Below, piece by piece: positions 52,501-64,000 of a stretch of DNA of 64,000 nucleotides. A model generated the notes under the pieces. It searched no databases and was not told the DNA's origin. It saw only the letters and a list, made by a program, of their open reading frames with translations. Position 1 is the stretch's first letter; each line of letters begins with the position of its first letter. This DNA is from Antedon mediterranea. Lineage: Eukaryota; Animalia; Echinodermata. Where the stretch lies: positions 40,722,388-40,786,387 of the forward strand of contig NC_092670.1 in the NCBI RefSeq assembly GCF_964355755.1. Direction: 5' to 3'. The translations under genes and the position numbers were made by a program.

Positions 52501-54059
52501 TGTCCTCTTAATAGGGGTGTCCTAAAGAGGGGTTCTCATGAGAGAGAGATATTACAGTTTAATTCATCATTTTCAAAATTCTGAAGTAAATACACTTTTA
52601 ATGATTATCAATTTTTAGAATAAATTATCTTTTATTATTATTTTTATTATTTTTTTTATGTAATTGAAAGAGAAAGTCAGAAAGTTACAAAATACCTTTA
52701 AAAATGTATAGATCAAATTCAGCTCAAAAATCAATACGATAATTAAATTAGAACAGACATGTGTTTTAAATAAAATCGATACTCTAGTGTAGCCCATGTT
52801 AATTGGCCACCGCTTATGGCCGGGTCATTGCTACGGTCAACAATATCTCATTCACTGTTAAATCGGCAAATTCATTTCTCTTTCGTCTTTTTGTTCAACT
52901 CTATAATTCCATTATATTTACAATACATCTATTAAACATATCATATTCTAAATGAATTACTTGCTCAAATTTGTTAGCAAGGTGCTTAGCGGTTAAAGCA
53001 GGAGATTCCTTGTTCAAATCCGGACAGTGCCTTATATTATGTCAAGTTCAGTGGCTTGTTAAGACAGGGGCAAATAAAAGTCAGAATGTTTTGGTGGTAG
53101 ATGGCTTAGAGATCAATGTACAGTTCTGGCCTATGTGTATTTTAAACGTAATTTCGGAAAATTAATTAATAAAATCTCTATAAATTTACATTTTTCCTTT
53201 TTTTTTTGGTATAAAATATCATACTAAATCAGAAACCTCTTGGTTCAACCTTAAGAGTCCGTACTAAGTATGGTAACACCAAATTTGGCATTGATGTTTT
53301 AGATAGTTGTTGACCGTTGAGGACAACACGCTTTGACCGGCTTCTTCATTACAACAATAATGCATTCAATGTGTTCAATGTGTTCAATTTGCATCCAGAC
53401 GACATTAAAAAAACATTAATATTAACATAATGACACACTAGTATGTCAAGTTTGAGCATAAACGGTGTTAAGAGCTAAACACATGATTTATTCAATAATA
53501 AAATGGTCTTTGGCATTGTGTTTATTCTATGAAGAAGATTCCAACGTATTACTGTACAAATTGACAAAAGGCGGATCCACCAGCGCACCTAACCCAATGA
53601 ATCTCTCCCTGACTGTAGCACAAGAAAGCTCACCAGTATTGATTTGATTTTGATTGATGTGCCAAAATATGGTAGTGATATGCCTAAATATGGTAGTGAT
53701 ATGCCCAAATATGGTAGTGATATGACATCATCTCCATATATGGGCACATCACATTTTTTTGATAGTGTAGACAGAGCTTTGGATTGGGTAGATAGTATAC
53801 ATATTTGACTTTTAAAATCGTGAGGCTGAAAACAAGGAAATAATGCAGTACAGTAGTTGGTTATGTATGTAAAATGAAGTCTCTTTCTCTCTCTCAAAAC
53901 CAGCCACTCTTGAATGGCACAAAATGTCTTTTTATGGTTTCTGACATAAAACTAAGAACCTAACTTACCATTGCATACACAAGTTGATTGCACAAACTCT
54001 CCATACTTCCAATGGTTGCCAGGATACTAAGAAGAAGGCACGTGAAAATTAATAGAAAT
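28513..54059 (-). CDS. KCNQ: Voltage-gated K+ channel, KCNQ (Kv7) family, KCNQ2-5 type; 5'-partial
   Basis: Exons (minus): 54059-53969 (S1), 50849-50723 (S2, [11 protein letters not shown]), 50543-50365 (S3-S4, [16 protein letters not shown]), 47946-47818 (S5, pore helix), 44615-44505 ([17 protein letters not shown]), 40324-40229 ([11 protein letters not shown]), 37613-37519, optional 36522-36466, 31746-31544, 30652-30451 ([16 protein letters not shown]), 29197-28513 (helix D). All phases consistent. No first exon found in the window. Confidence 0.95.
30299..30492. repeat. 48-bp x4 tandem repeat spanning a KCNQ exon end and splice donor
   Basis: GATCTTACTTTGCTTGCAAGCTTTTTATTCTAGCTAACATGTCTGTGT occurs four times identically. 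Possible exon ends at 30451, 30403, 30355 and 30307. Confidence 0.95.
30731..31222. mobile_element. MITE family B copy with an internal 32-bp x ~12 tandem expansion
   Basis: Ends GCTCTGTGTACACTATCAA / TGTAGACAGAGC. Unit ATATGGTAGTGATATGATGTCATCTTGTCCAT repeats over about 30777-31170. Confidence 0.9.
32014..32552. mobile_element. Kolobok-like non-autonomous DNA transposon
   Basis: TTAA on both sides; perfect TIRs AGATGTATTGTCCCTT / AAGGGACAATACATCT with purine-purine 5' termini. Confidence 0.8.
32763..32901. mobile_element. MITE family A, diverged copy
   Basis: AGCTTGGTTCTCATTTAG ... TTGACCAATCACAAG ... GGAACCAAGCT. Similar diverged copies near 35097-35258, 47371-47560 and 55222-55360. Confidence 0.7.
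34245..35045. repeat. 157-162-bp tandem repeat, about 5 copies
   Basis: AATGTATGGTAATGTGATACATG at 34246, 34408, 34565, 34722 and 34884. Confidence 0.95.
38228..38996. repeat. 47-49-bp minisatellite, about 16 copies
   Basis: Unit ATAATAGTATTACTTAATATGGGCATGGGTTCCACTAAATACAGTAT, with or without an extra TA. Confidence 0.97.
39198..39565 (-). mobile_element. Full-length tRNA-headed SINE with a Deu/Nin-like core, adjoining a family B MITE
   Basis: Minus strand: head GGCCGAGCGGTTAAG (A box) and GGTTCGAGGCT (B box); core TTCTCGGATAAGGACTATAAACCG...TTAAAGAACC...GAGTAGGGGGTTACCCCGG; A-rich tail. A core fragment also lies near 63210-63245. Confidence 0.8.
40617..40974. mobile_element. Two adjacent MITE family A copies (about 40618-40781 and 40796-40974)
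   Basis: Both have CTAGTGGGAACCAAGCT right TIRs. The second has a TAA duplication. The left end of the first is locally duplicated (40586-40633). Confidence 0.88.
41771..41938. repeat. Direct duplication of ~85-88 bp
   Basis: AAATTATGTTTGGCTAA...CACATTCTATCCTCATTTAGGAAATTATG occurs twice. Confidence 0.85.
42619..42942. repeat. 25-bp minisatellite, about 13 copies
   Basis: Unit AGCACTGTCGCTGCTCAGTGGCAAT. Confidence 0.97.
43228..43433. mobile_element. MITE with ACTGCAGT-rich subterminal arms
   Basis: AGGGAGCATGTCAAA...TTCTACTGCAGT / ACTGCAGTAGAA...TTTGACATGTTCCCT. A relative starts at about 42282. Confidence 0.7.
45481..45705 (+). repeat. 60-bp x3 duplication capturing the 5' end of a degenerate tRNA-like sequence
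   Basis: Unit ends TAGTGGTCTAATGGTAGGCCACC. The last copy continues TGCATACAAGCAG...GAGTTCTAGTCTCAGCCGGGGC. Confidence 0.8.
45725..45884. repeat. 22-bp minisatellite, about 7 copies
   Basis: Unit TATTTATGGCTGGAGTGCACAT. Confidence 0.95.
46355..46860. repeat. 22-bp minisatellite, about 22 copies
   Basis: Unit GCTTAATTTCAGGCAAGCTCAT with variants. Confidence 0.95.
49958..50092. mobile_element. MITE family B, near full length
   Basis: TIRs CTGTCTACACTATCAAACT / AGTTTGATAGTGTAGACAG. Confidence 0.85.
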
Positions 54060-54275
54060 CTGTAAAGATATATAAAACAAAAAATGTTTTTATAAAATAT
54101 GTATATTATTATTATTATTAATCACATTATAAAATATAATTCATTATAAATTATTCAATCAACGCATATGGTGAAAACTACAGTATACCATTTAAATTCA
54201 ATATCCATAGAAAAGTGATTTTTACCAGGAGAATTTTCAAATAAAATATATTGAATATTAAAGACATACACAGCC

Positions 54276-54488
54276 AATCTGAATATTGGCAGAATCTGAC
54301 AGAATATTGGCAGAATCTGACAGAATATTGGCAGAATCTGACAGAATATTGGCAGAATCTGACAGAATATTGGGGAATGTGATAGAATACTAGTAGAATG
54401 CGACATAATACTAGCAGAATCTGACAATGTTCTGGCAGAATCTGACAGAATATTTATTAGCAGAATCTGACAGAATACCGGCAGAATT
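54276..54488. repeat. 21-bp minisatellite
   Basis: Unit AATATTGGCAGAATCTGACAG, degenerating rightwards. Confidence 0.9.
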
Positions 54489-56026
54489 TTATAAACAATT
54501 TTCTAAACACAATAATAATGTAGATTTTTTTTACAAATTTGCCATCTGTATCAATTTATTTGTGTACTTTGTTTAAGATCAGAAAAAAACAAATTTTATG
54601 ATATCTTGTATTGGAATCTTCAATTATAATCGTATCATGCTTTTTATTGACAGTACGCCACCCGCAACGACATATAATAAATCTGACAGCTTACGTCAAG
54701 AGTTAATTGTAACAATCAACATCTTATCAACACTCCACAATAACATTTGCATTGTATTTCACGCATGTCACTCCAGTTATCCCTTTCAGCAATAAATACC
54801 CAATAAATATTGCAGTTAATAAACAAATGTCATCAGCATTCCGTGCATTTGTTTTTCAAAAAATGATTGCTTTCATGATTTTAAACGAAAAATTGTCAAG
54901 ACGTAGGTGACAGCAACCCTGTATGTTGTCGACATTAGTTTAATAAAATAATACATATTATTTTATAATTGTTTCAATTTCTGAATATTAGATGAAATTT
55001 TTGAATTTTTATTTACCATCAATTTAAACAAAATGGTATTTGAGTCATTAAGTGTTTACTTAAGTGTTTACTAAAGTATTAGTTGTGTTTGCTTGCCAAA
55101 GTGGTGGGTTGATGTCTCACACTAATTAATGTAATTAGCCAAGCAGCCATGGGCGTATGTTGGCTGTTAAGTACTTAAGTATCTATGTTGGTGGTAGCAA
55201 ACAAAGTCATTGTCTTTGTCTTAAGCTTGGTTCCCACTAGGTCGCAACATAAGCAATTTGACCAATCACGACGCGATGGATAATGATTTATTGCGTCATG
55301 ATTGGTCAAATTACTTGCGCTGCGCTTACGTCATTGAGTTTCATCCTTGTGGGAAGCAAACATGACCTGACAGTATAAGCATTTATTTCCACAATAAAAA
55401 CAAAAATTTAAAATGTAAATATGGTTGCGAAACTAACATTATAACAGTAGAAGCCAGAAATCACTGGTCATTGATGCATTATCTGAAAGTGTTGCATGAT
55501 GGTATATTGTAGCGCATCATAATGGATTATTGGCCTATACTGCACTTGACCATTCAACCGTTCGAATCTAGTTCAATTCTCTCTTTTATCGTTTGTTAAG
55601 TTCATTTCATCCCTAGCATGTTTGTCTACTGAATGTTGTTGGCTCAATGCGCAAGCAAGGTAAACAACATTTTCATACAACATTTAACATATTATTGGTA
55701 TAATACCACTATTATGTTTTCAACTTTGTAACAGAAAAAATGTAATTTCTGAGCAATAATTGTTTGTGATGCTAATTATCTAACCTGTCACTTTAGCATT
55801 GCTTTCATGGGAGCAATTTATTTTATCGGAAAACTAGAAGTTACAAACTTTCCTATGTCATTTGATAATTGATGGTTTTATTTTTGTAATCATTGATTGC
55901 ATAATGTATTTGTAGTATCTGTAGATGTACAGCCAAAATTGATTAGGATTTGGTTTTTATAAAGTGCGAAAATAACAGGTCATTCACACCCTAACTACAT
56001 TCTGGAGGCATGATTCCTCTATTTGT

Positions 56027-57800
56027 GAGGCACTGGTCTCCACTCTGGTGGAGGCACTCAACTCTATTTTTGAAGCACTGTTCTCCATTCCTAAGGCACT
56101 CAACTCTATTTTTAATACACTGGTCTCCATTCCTAAGGCACTCAACTCTATTTGTAATACACTGGTCTCCACTCCTAAGGCACTCAACTCTATTTTTAAT
56201 ACACTGGTCTCCATTCCTAAGGCACTCAACTCTATTTTTAATACACTGGTCTCCACTCCTAAGGCACTCAACTCTATTTTTAATACACTGGTCTCCATTC
56301 CTAAGGCACTCAACTCTATTTTTAATACACTGGTCTCCATTTCTAAGGCACTCGACTCTATTTTTAATACACTGTTCTCCACTCCTAAGGCACTCAACTC
56401 TATTTTTAATACACTGGTCTCCATTCCTAAGGCACTCAACTCTATTTTTAATACACTGTTCTCCACTCCTAAGGCACTCAACTCTATTTTTAATACACTG
56501 TTCTCCATTCCTAAGGCACTCAACTCTATTTTTAATACACTGGTCTCCATTCCTAAGGCACTCAACTCTATTTTTAATACACTGGTCTCCATTCCTAAGG
56601 CACTCAACTCTATTTTTAATACACTGTTCTCCATTCCTAAGGCACTCAACTCTATTTTTAATACACTGTTCTCCACTCCTAAGGCACTCAACTCTATTTT
56701 TAATACACTGGTCTCCATTCCTAAGGCACTCAACTCTATTTTTAATACACTGGTCTCCATTCCTAAGGCACTCAACTCTATTTTTAATACACTGGTCTCC
56801 ACTCCTAAGGCACTCAACTCTATTTTTAATACACTGGTCTCCATTCCTAAGGCACTCAACTCTATTTTTAATACACTGGTCTCCATTCCTAAGGCACTCA
56901 ACTCTATTTTTAATACACTGGTCTCCATTCCTAAGGCACTCAACTCTATTTTTAATACACTGGTCTCCATTCCTAAGGCACTCAACTCTATTTTTAATAC
57001 ACTGGTCTCCACTCCTAAGGAACTCAACTCTATTTTTAATACACTGGTCTTCATTTCTAAGGCACTCAACTCTATTTTTAATACACTGGTCTCCATTCCT
57101 AAGGCACTCAACTCTATTTTTAATACACTGGTCTCCATTCCTAAGGCACTAAACTCTATTTTTAATACACTGGTCTCCATTCCTAAGGCACTCAACTCTA
57201 TTTTTAATACACTGGTCTCCATTCCTAAGGCACTCAACTCTATTTTTAATACACTGGTCTCCATTCCTAAGGCACTCAACTCTATTTTTAATACACTGGT
57301 CTCCATTCCTAAGGCACTCAACTCTATTTTTAATACACTGGTCTCCATTCCTAAGGCACTCAACTCTATTTTTAATACACTGGTCTCCATTCCTAAGGCA
57401 CTCAACTCTATTTTTAATACACTGGTCTCCACTCCTAAGGCACTCAACTCTATTTTTAATACACTGGTCTCCATTCCTAAGGCACTCAACTCTATTTTTA
57501 ATACACTGGTCTCCATTCCTAAGGCACTCAACTCTATTTTTAATACATTGGTCTCCATTCCTAAGGCACTCAACTCTATTTTTAATACACTGCTCTCCAT
57601 TCCTAAGGCACTCAACTCTATTTTTAATACACTGCTCTCCATTCCTAAGGCACTCAACTCTATTTTTAATACACTGTTCTCCACTCCTAAGGCACTCAAC
57701 TCTATTTTTAATACACTGCTCTCCATTCCTAAGGCACTCAACTCTATTTTTAATACACTGCTCTCCATTCCTAAGGCAATTGACACTATTTTTTAGGCAC
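56027..57800. repeat. 42-bp minisatellite, about 42 copies, in KCNQ intron 1; source of the long repeat ORFs
   Basis: Unit CCTAAGGCACTCAACTCTATTTTTAATACACTGGTCTCCATT with a 21-bp sub-period. Degenerate units continue to about 57990. Confidence 0.97.
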
Positions 57801-58571
57801 TCATGGTCTTTACTGTAGAAGATCTCAACTATATTTTTAAGCCTGATATTCTGAAGAAACTTTTTTAAGCCACTGGTTTCCACTCTGTTGGTACTCTTAA
57901 ATACTCGTCTCAACTTTGGAGACACTCAACTTTTAGGCAAAGTTCTCTTCTCTGGAAGCCCTTGATTCTTTGAGGCATTCAACTCCTCTAGTTGCACTTT
58001 ATTTACATACATACCTATTTACAACCTATGTAAAACATTGTGTTGTGTACTATCAAAGTAGTAACAAGTTGAACACTACAAAATGGCATGCATTTGCTTC
58101 AATTAAAATTAAAGCATTTACATATCCTGAGCATAATTTACACCGAATTAGTTTGCTACAGGACGTGAACTCGTTTTATGTGTTGTTGGAATGTCATGAA
58201 ATGTAACAAATTCAATATTCATCAATTAGATGTAAACACTGGTAATAGTTAACATTTGAACATTCATCAACATTTGTATTCCCGTAGGGAAAGTGCAGAT
58301 CGCTATCAAATTCCCCGAGGTTATTATCCAATTCTATCTTTGTTTTCCATTGAATCCAAAGTATGTTAATATAATATTTCAGTTTTGGTCGAGCGACTTC
58401 GCATGAGAACAGAAAGTAAAAAATAAATTGAGTGTGCGAGCCCATTAATTTTGATTTATGGGGTACAGAAAAAATTTAAAATAATATTTTGTCAGAAAAT
58501 ATGACAACAAAATATACATTTAGCCTAGAAAAACATAACCTCATAAAATGACACCATGTTCTATCATTATA

Positions 58572-58780
58572 ACACATTCTATCTGTTCATTTTGACGCTC
58601 ATGAGGAAACTTAGTTGGTGCTTGATTCCATCAAGTTCATCACACATTCTATCTGTTCATTTTGACGCTCATGAGCAAACTTAGTTGGTGCTTGATTCCA
58701 TCAAGTTCATCACACATTCTATCTGTTCATTTTGACGCTCATGAGCAAACTTAGTTGGTGCTTGATTCCATCAAGTTCAT
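58572..58780. repeat. 70-bp x3 tandem repeat
   Basis: ACACATTCTATCTGTTC at 58572, 58642 and 58712. Confidence 0.95.
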
Positions 58781-59221
58781 TACAATATCATTTTCTTTTT
58801 TTTGATTATCAATTTGAATTTTTTTCTTTTTACTACCATACGTTTTTATATTTTGTTTTATATTGTATTGTATCTATGTTTCTAAGCTCAAGAAAACAAA
58901 TTTAATGTATGTAATATTATGTGACAATAAATTGAATCTTGAATCTTGAATCATTTATATTAAATTATCATTCTTTTTTATTATCTGCACCATGGAGAAA
59001 TAACTTATAAAATACAATAACTTTTGTTATGTGTGTTGGTATTTGTGTTTTTTAGATGATATAGTTTTTATCTTTTGGTATTGTATAATAGTATTTTTTA
59101 ACTCACAAGTATCATATGGATTAGCATTATTCTGATATCCTTTTTAAATAATATAATATATTATGATTATGTTTTTATTCTAAATAAATCTAAACAAATA
59201 AACGTCAAATAAGTTTAGAAA

Positions 59222-59339
59222 TAAACTGTATCAGGTTGTGATAGTGGGATCACTTTGCATACATTTAAAATGTGGGGGCTTAAACTGTATCAGGTTGTGA
59301 TAGTGGGATCACTTTGCATACATTTAAAATGTGGGGGCT
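59222..59339. repeat. 59-bp x2 direct duplication
   Basis: TAAACTGTATCAGGTTGTGATAGTGGG at 59222 and 59281. Confidence 0.92.
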
Positions 59340-61464
59340 TGATATATTCTGAATCCGCAACAACAAGCATAAACATTTGTTGTAGAGGTTTTTTTTGTAA
59401 GCTTGCATGTAACATACTATGTTACAACATTCCAAACATTTGAATGAAGGAGGCGTAATTGCATTACGGTAATGTAAATCATTACATTTAATTCATCAAG
59501 AAGATAATAACATTCAAAATATTTGGATGCTTTAATTATGTTCCTGCGGTTGCTTTGTCTAAATACATACTTTTTTCCCATTTCATTACTTTTATTTTAC
59601 CACAATTCATAGACACGGAAATAATGATAATAAGTAATAATACATTGAAAATGAGATTCAATTCGATAAATTTAACAGCATAAAAATAGCAAAATCAATT
59701 AAATTTGAGATAATAGCAAAGAAAAAAAATTTCAGGATCATAACAAGTATAATTACCCAGACAACCAAAGGGACGAAAACAAACCAAATAGTAATGAGAA
59801 ACACATAAAAGAGAAAATGATTATCAAAAACTAGAAAAAAAACCACATAATCTCAATTACAATGAAAACAGCAATATTATCAAATCTAAAACATTAACAA
59901 TAAGAACTATACTGCTCATTTCATAGACTTCTTTAATATGGAGGATTGTTCAATTGGTCCATACAAGAAACATTGATACATGATGGATAATGGATAAATA
60001 ATAGATTATTTCAAATGTATTACTTTAAACGATGCACATAAAATATTAATTTCACTAATAAACTCTTTTGATATTGATTCTATTAATTTATTAGCTACAA
60101 GTTCTATCTTTGAATCGGTTCCATCTTATATGTATGCTACTGTTTAGCATCATGGTTTGATAGACGACGAGATTTCGGCAAAGCTTTGAAGATATCTGTA
60201 GCTTATAGATGAGAACGCTGATAGTATTGCAGTAAAGCGTGCAAAGCATTAAATTTTCATTATTTCAGATCGTCATAAAACCCACTATATATTCAAGTTG
60301 AATTCACTCTAAACTGTTTTCAATATCTGATAATCAAAAGTAACGGTACTATATTTTGCATAGACACTATGAACTCAACAAGTAGAGCACTGTCAGAACT
60401 CTTAGATTTAGGCTCTTAATATCTATTGCTTTATTTAAATGCAAAAACTAGGCTCTATACAAGCAGTTGTTTTTCTGCAATGTACAAAATGTACAATATA
60501 CCAAATATACAATACTAAATATATATAAAAAAATATACACTAAATATATACAATACTAATAGAAAATACATAATAATAATATGATGTGAGATTTCTGTTT
60601 CCAAACTTTTTTTATGTTTTGTAGTTTTGTTAAATTTGTTTGGTTTGTAGGCTTTTGTCCTGGTTTACTTATATTTTTCCCCCACTTATTTCATCAAGCA
60701 CATTGGGATGTGATTTGTGGATTGCACAATACATTAACAATAACATGACTATTAATATACAAATAATGAATAATTTAGTATATAAAGTTCTTATATTAGT
60801 GCTATACTGTATATCCCAACTGAAGGACAATGAGAGTATCTTGTCTACTGGCATTTGGCACAGACATGTCTCGAACCTATGCCTCCCACATGCTAGTCCA
60901 ATTCCTTTACCATTAAGTCATATAGTTCTTGTGCATTATATTGGATCATAAAATGTAATTTCAATAATCGTCATTGGATCCAATGTTTTGCACATTGTTT
61001 ACGTATCACACTTGATATTTGCATTTACTTAATGGAACTTTAATCAATTGTTTTCATTTATTCATATCTAATTTGCATCTAATTTGCATACATAACAATG
61101 TAGCATAGTTGGTTTTCGATCAAATTTCAAACTGCAAACAAGAAAAGTGTGACCTTAGGAGAAATCATTTTGTTCATAATGAAAACAATGCTGACAGAAC
61201 AATGAAGACTGCAGTGTAAGATCCTTAATTAGTTAACGCCGATGAAACAAAATACGCAATCGGAGAACGTAGAAATAAGAAGAGATGGGTTTGATTACAG
61301 AGGGATAACTATCTTTGATTTTCCTCGAGGCATAAAGAAATTGTGGCATACGCTGTGATTCTGTGAATTGCAGACAATTATGAATTGAGCATGGTGAGAA
61401 TGATTGAATAACCATCAAAGTGTGGTTCCTAACTATTAACACTCAGCAAAAGTCTCTTAGACAG

Positions 61465-61605
61465 AAAACTACACTAAAGAAATGTGATGTGCCCATATAT
61501 GGACATGATGATGTCATATCACTACCATATTTGGGCATTTCACTACAATATTTGAAAACATCACACGTTTTTGTCAAACTAGTTTGATAGTGGGGACAGA
61601 GCTTT
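61465..61605. mobile_element. MITE family B copy, inverted orientation
   Basis: TGTGATGTGCCCATATATGGACATGATG...TTTTGTCAAACTAGTTTGATAGTGGGGACAGAGCT. Confidence 0.8.
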
Positions 61606-64000
61606 AGAATGAAATGCAAGTGTTGCTACACTTGCGTAATCACAGAGTAGATGCTCATTTTCATGACAGGAAAGGGCATTAATCAATCAAATTGAATGTT
61701 CCACATCATGTTCTGTACTACCATGTGACATGACTTACAATTTTGCATTGAAAAACAACATTGCAACAACTTCATTCTCTAGTGTTAGGAACATTATTAC
61801 CACAGACATTTTAGACACATGGAAACATACTTCCACAATGTTGCAGCTAATCAGCGCAGTTGGTTTTTACCATAGCGGTATTGTAACCTCCCGTGTAACC
61901 TTTGATGGAGAGAGGCAAACATAAGTAAAGTTTCTCGCCTAAAAGGACACAAGCAATGTAACCAAGTCAAATGTACAACACACTGCACTTAATGCTCTCC
62001 ATTAATTACGTCTTATATCAAGGCCGTTGTGAGAGGTTAAATAAAGACAAGACAAAGATGTTTTAAATATAATTCTTAATATAAAATACGACGATCTATG
62101 CTGGTAAATTAGGGTGGGTGTCTCATGCTGGCTATGGTCGTGTATATATTAATTCTTTTCATGTCTAATGCTTATTATCGAAACTTCTCTATTGTAATAT
62201 ACACACATACTATGACTAGTATATATACATAAAGATGCCCACAACAATTTATGAAATCTAACAATTCACCTTGATTGAAGATGATGCCAACCTACTTATA
62301 GGTTCAATGTCATTCAATTAGAATTATTAATAAACTTAATATTCTGTAATATGCATAAATTAACATTTCAAAATGTAGCTTGTTAGAGCAAAATTGAGAC
62401 AATTCAGTTACGGTTGGGCGATTTGTGAAAGAGCAGCTGACGACACTGACGTTTATCTTTTGAGAAATACTGACAAATATGAAATAATTAATGTAAAGAA
62501 AAAGTTTTAAAGACATGGTCAAATGGAAGACACCCATCCTAAGAACAAGAAGTCACATGTTCTAATTTTGAATTCATTTAACAAATTTATGGAATTTTAT
62601 TTGTCTGATAAGAGTGTTTAACAGCATTTAGCACACATTTAACTTTTTTATGCTTTTAATAAATAAAGATGTATTTCCCCCAAAACATGACAAACTTGAA
62701 TCAATCATTTTGTAGTTTTAATATTAATTATTCACTTTCGAAAACCGAAAAAAATAAAAAGTCAGATTGCCTCTTTAACACAATTTTTGTTTTATTATTT
62801 TTTTCATGAGGACAGTGTTTAATGAGTGAGTATTGATGTGTACTTGATATTTAAAAGTCATCTTGAATCTGTATCAAACTAATGACCTTTGCAGAGGAAC
62901 CAATTTTAAGAATTTGAAGCTATTTCTGATCTGTTGATTGAATTGTCTAATGATCAATAGAATATAAACTGTTTAGATGTATTACACAGTAAGATCACAG
63001 ACTATATATATACTGAAAATATAAATAAGCACATTCTTTAAAAATGATAAATTAAGTGGGTGACTTAAGGATAACATATTCTAGATTAGCCTTTGAATTA
63101 GGCGCGTGGGGGTACATTAAAATGTCATCTTCTTTAATCAATTAGTTATGGGGACATTAAAGGTCATTCTATGGCATGTCTAAACAACTGTTTTTTTTTA
63201 GTAATTTTAAGACAAGTAGGGTTACCCTGGTGTACTACTAGTGGACAGATGAGAGTGTCTTAATTAACAGCACTGATCCGATGTGACCCTTAGGGGAGAA
63301 GCATGTAGTTGAACAGTGTAACATCCAAGTCCATAGCGCCATGAACAATGATCGTTTCAATGGCACTATTCAAATTATTATTAGTAGTAAAATTTGACAA
63401 GAAAAAAACAGAAATAAAATAACACAAAAATGTACGGTTGGGTTGTTAATTAAAAAATGGCAATTCTCAACCTTAGTCCCTCTGAATGCACAAGAAAACT
63501 GTGATATTTAAACTAAAAACAAAGTTGTTTTACCTAATTTTACAAAGAAAGCTAAATTTATGTGAATTTTATTTGCAGCAGACTACGGCTGACAAATTAT
63601 TTTTAAAAATCTCTTGGATAATATATCCAACAAGTTTTCTATACAAACATTTTACAAACATTTTACAAACATTTTAGTTGTTGATTCAGTTTTAACAAAA
63701 TATAAACCATCTACTTCTATATTCTATATAGTAACACAAAATTGAATTCACAGAATTTTGTAATAAAAATATTCCAATAATTGTTGTTTTAAAACTTTTA
63801 AATTTGAGTACATCTTATTTTATCAAGGTTAAGAACAGACTTGGCTAAAATTAAAATTAAATGGAAAATAATAATTTTAAAAGATCATAAAGATCATAAA
63901 ATAAATGTTCTATTTTTGTCAATTTGTTTTCATTTATTTTCTATTTTTAGTATTAATAATAAATATTTTTTTTACAAGGAATACCAATTATAGAAATGGT

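Noticed and set aside
55984-57925. Four long ORFs (258-600 aa) as real genes
   Set aside because: They overlap on both strands and arise from a 42-bp (3n) repeat. No domain or splice support; kept only as a finding.
58000-64000. KCNQ first coding exon (YNxLERP-type motif)
   Set aside because: Not found by eye on the minus strand; presumed to lie beyond the window.

Overview
AT-rich, intron-rich animal genomic DNA, not prokaryotic. A Deu-core-type SINE and frequent TAGGCCTA motifs suggest an invertebrate deuterostome, possibly an echinoderm (inference). Five spliced genes were reconstructed by hand with phase-consistent GT-AG junctions: an uncharacterised C7orf78-like gene (+, 7471-9863), an L-galactose-dehydrogenase-like aldo-keto reductase (-, 11781-14970), HDDC2 (-, 16082-21992) head-to-head with MRPS28 (+, 22162-23004), and a KCNQ2-5-type potassium channel (-, 28513-54059, first exon outside the window). 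The first 2.7 kb look like the end of an unclassified mobile element: an intronless OTU deubiquitinase ORF, a decayed Cys-rich remnant, two tandem tRNA-like genes with the non-standard anticodon ATC, and a (TA)n junction. The rest is dense with Harbinger-like and Kolobok-like MITEs, SINEs and many young tandem arrays. Two arrays derive from MITEs, and two duplications copy splice donors. The best novelty candidates are the OTU/tRNA element end, the WW-to-YY pore-helix change in the KCNQ, and the quadruplicated KCNQ donor. No database searches were run; family names rest on recognised motifs.
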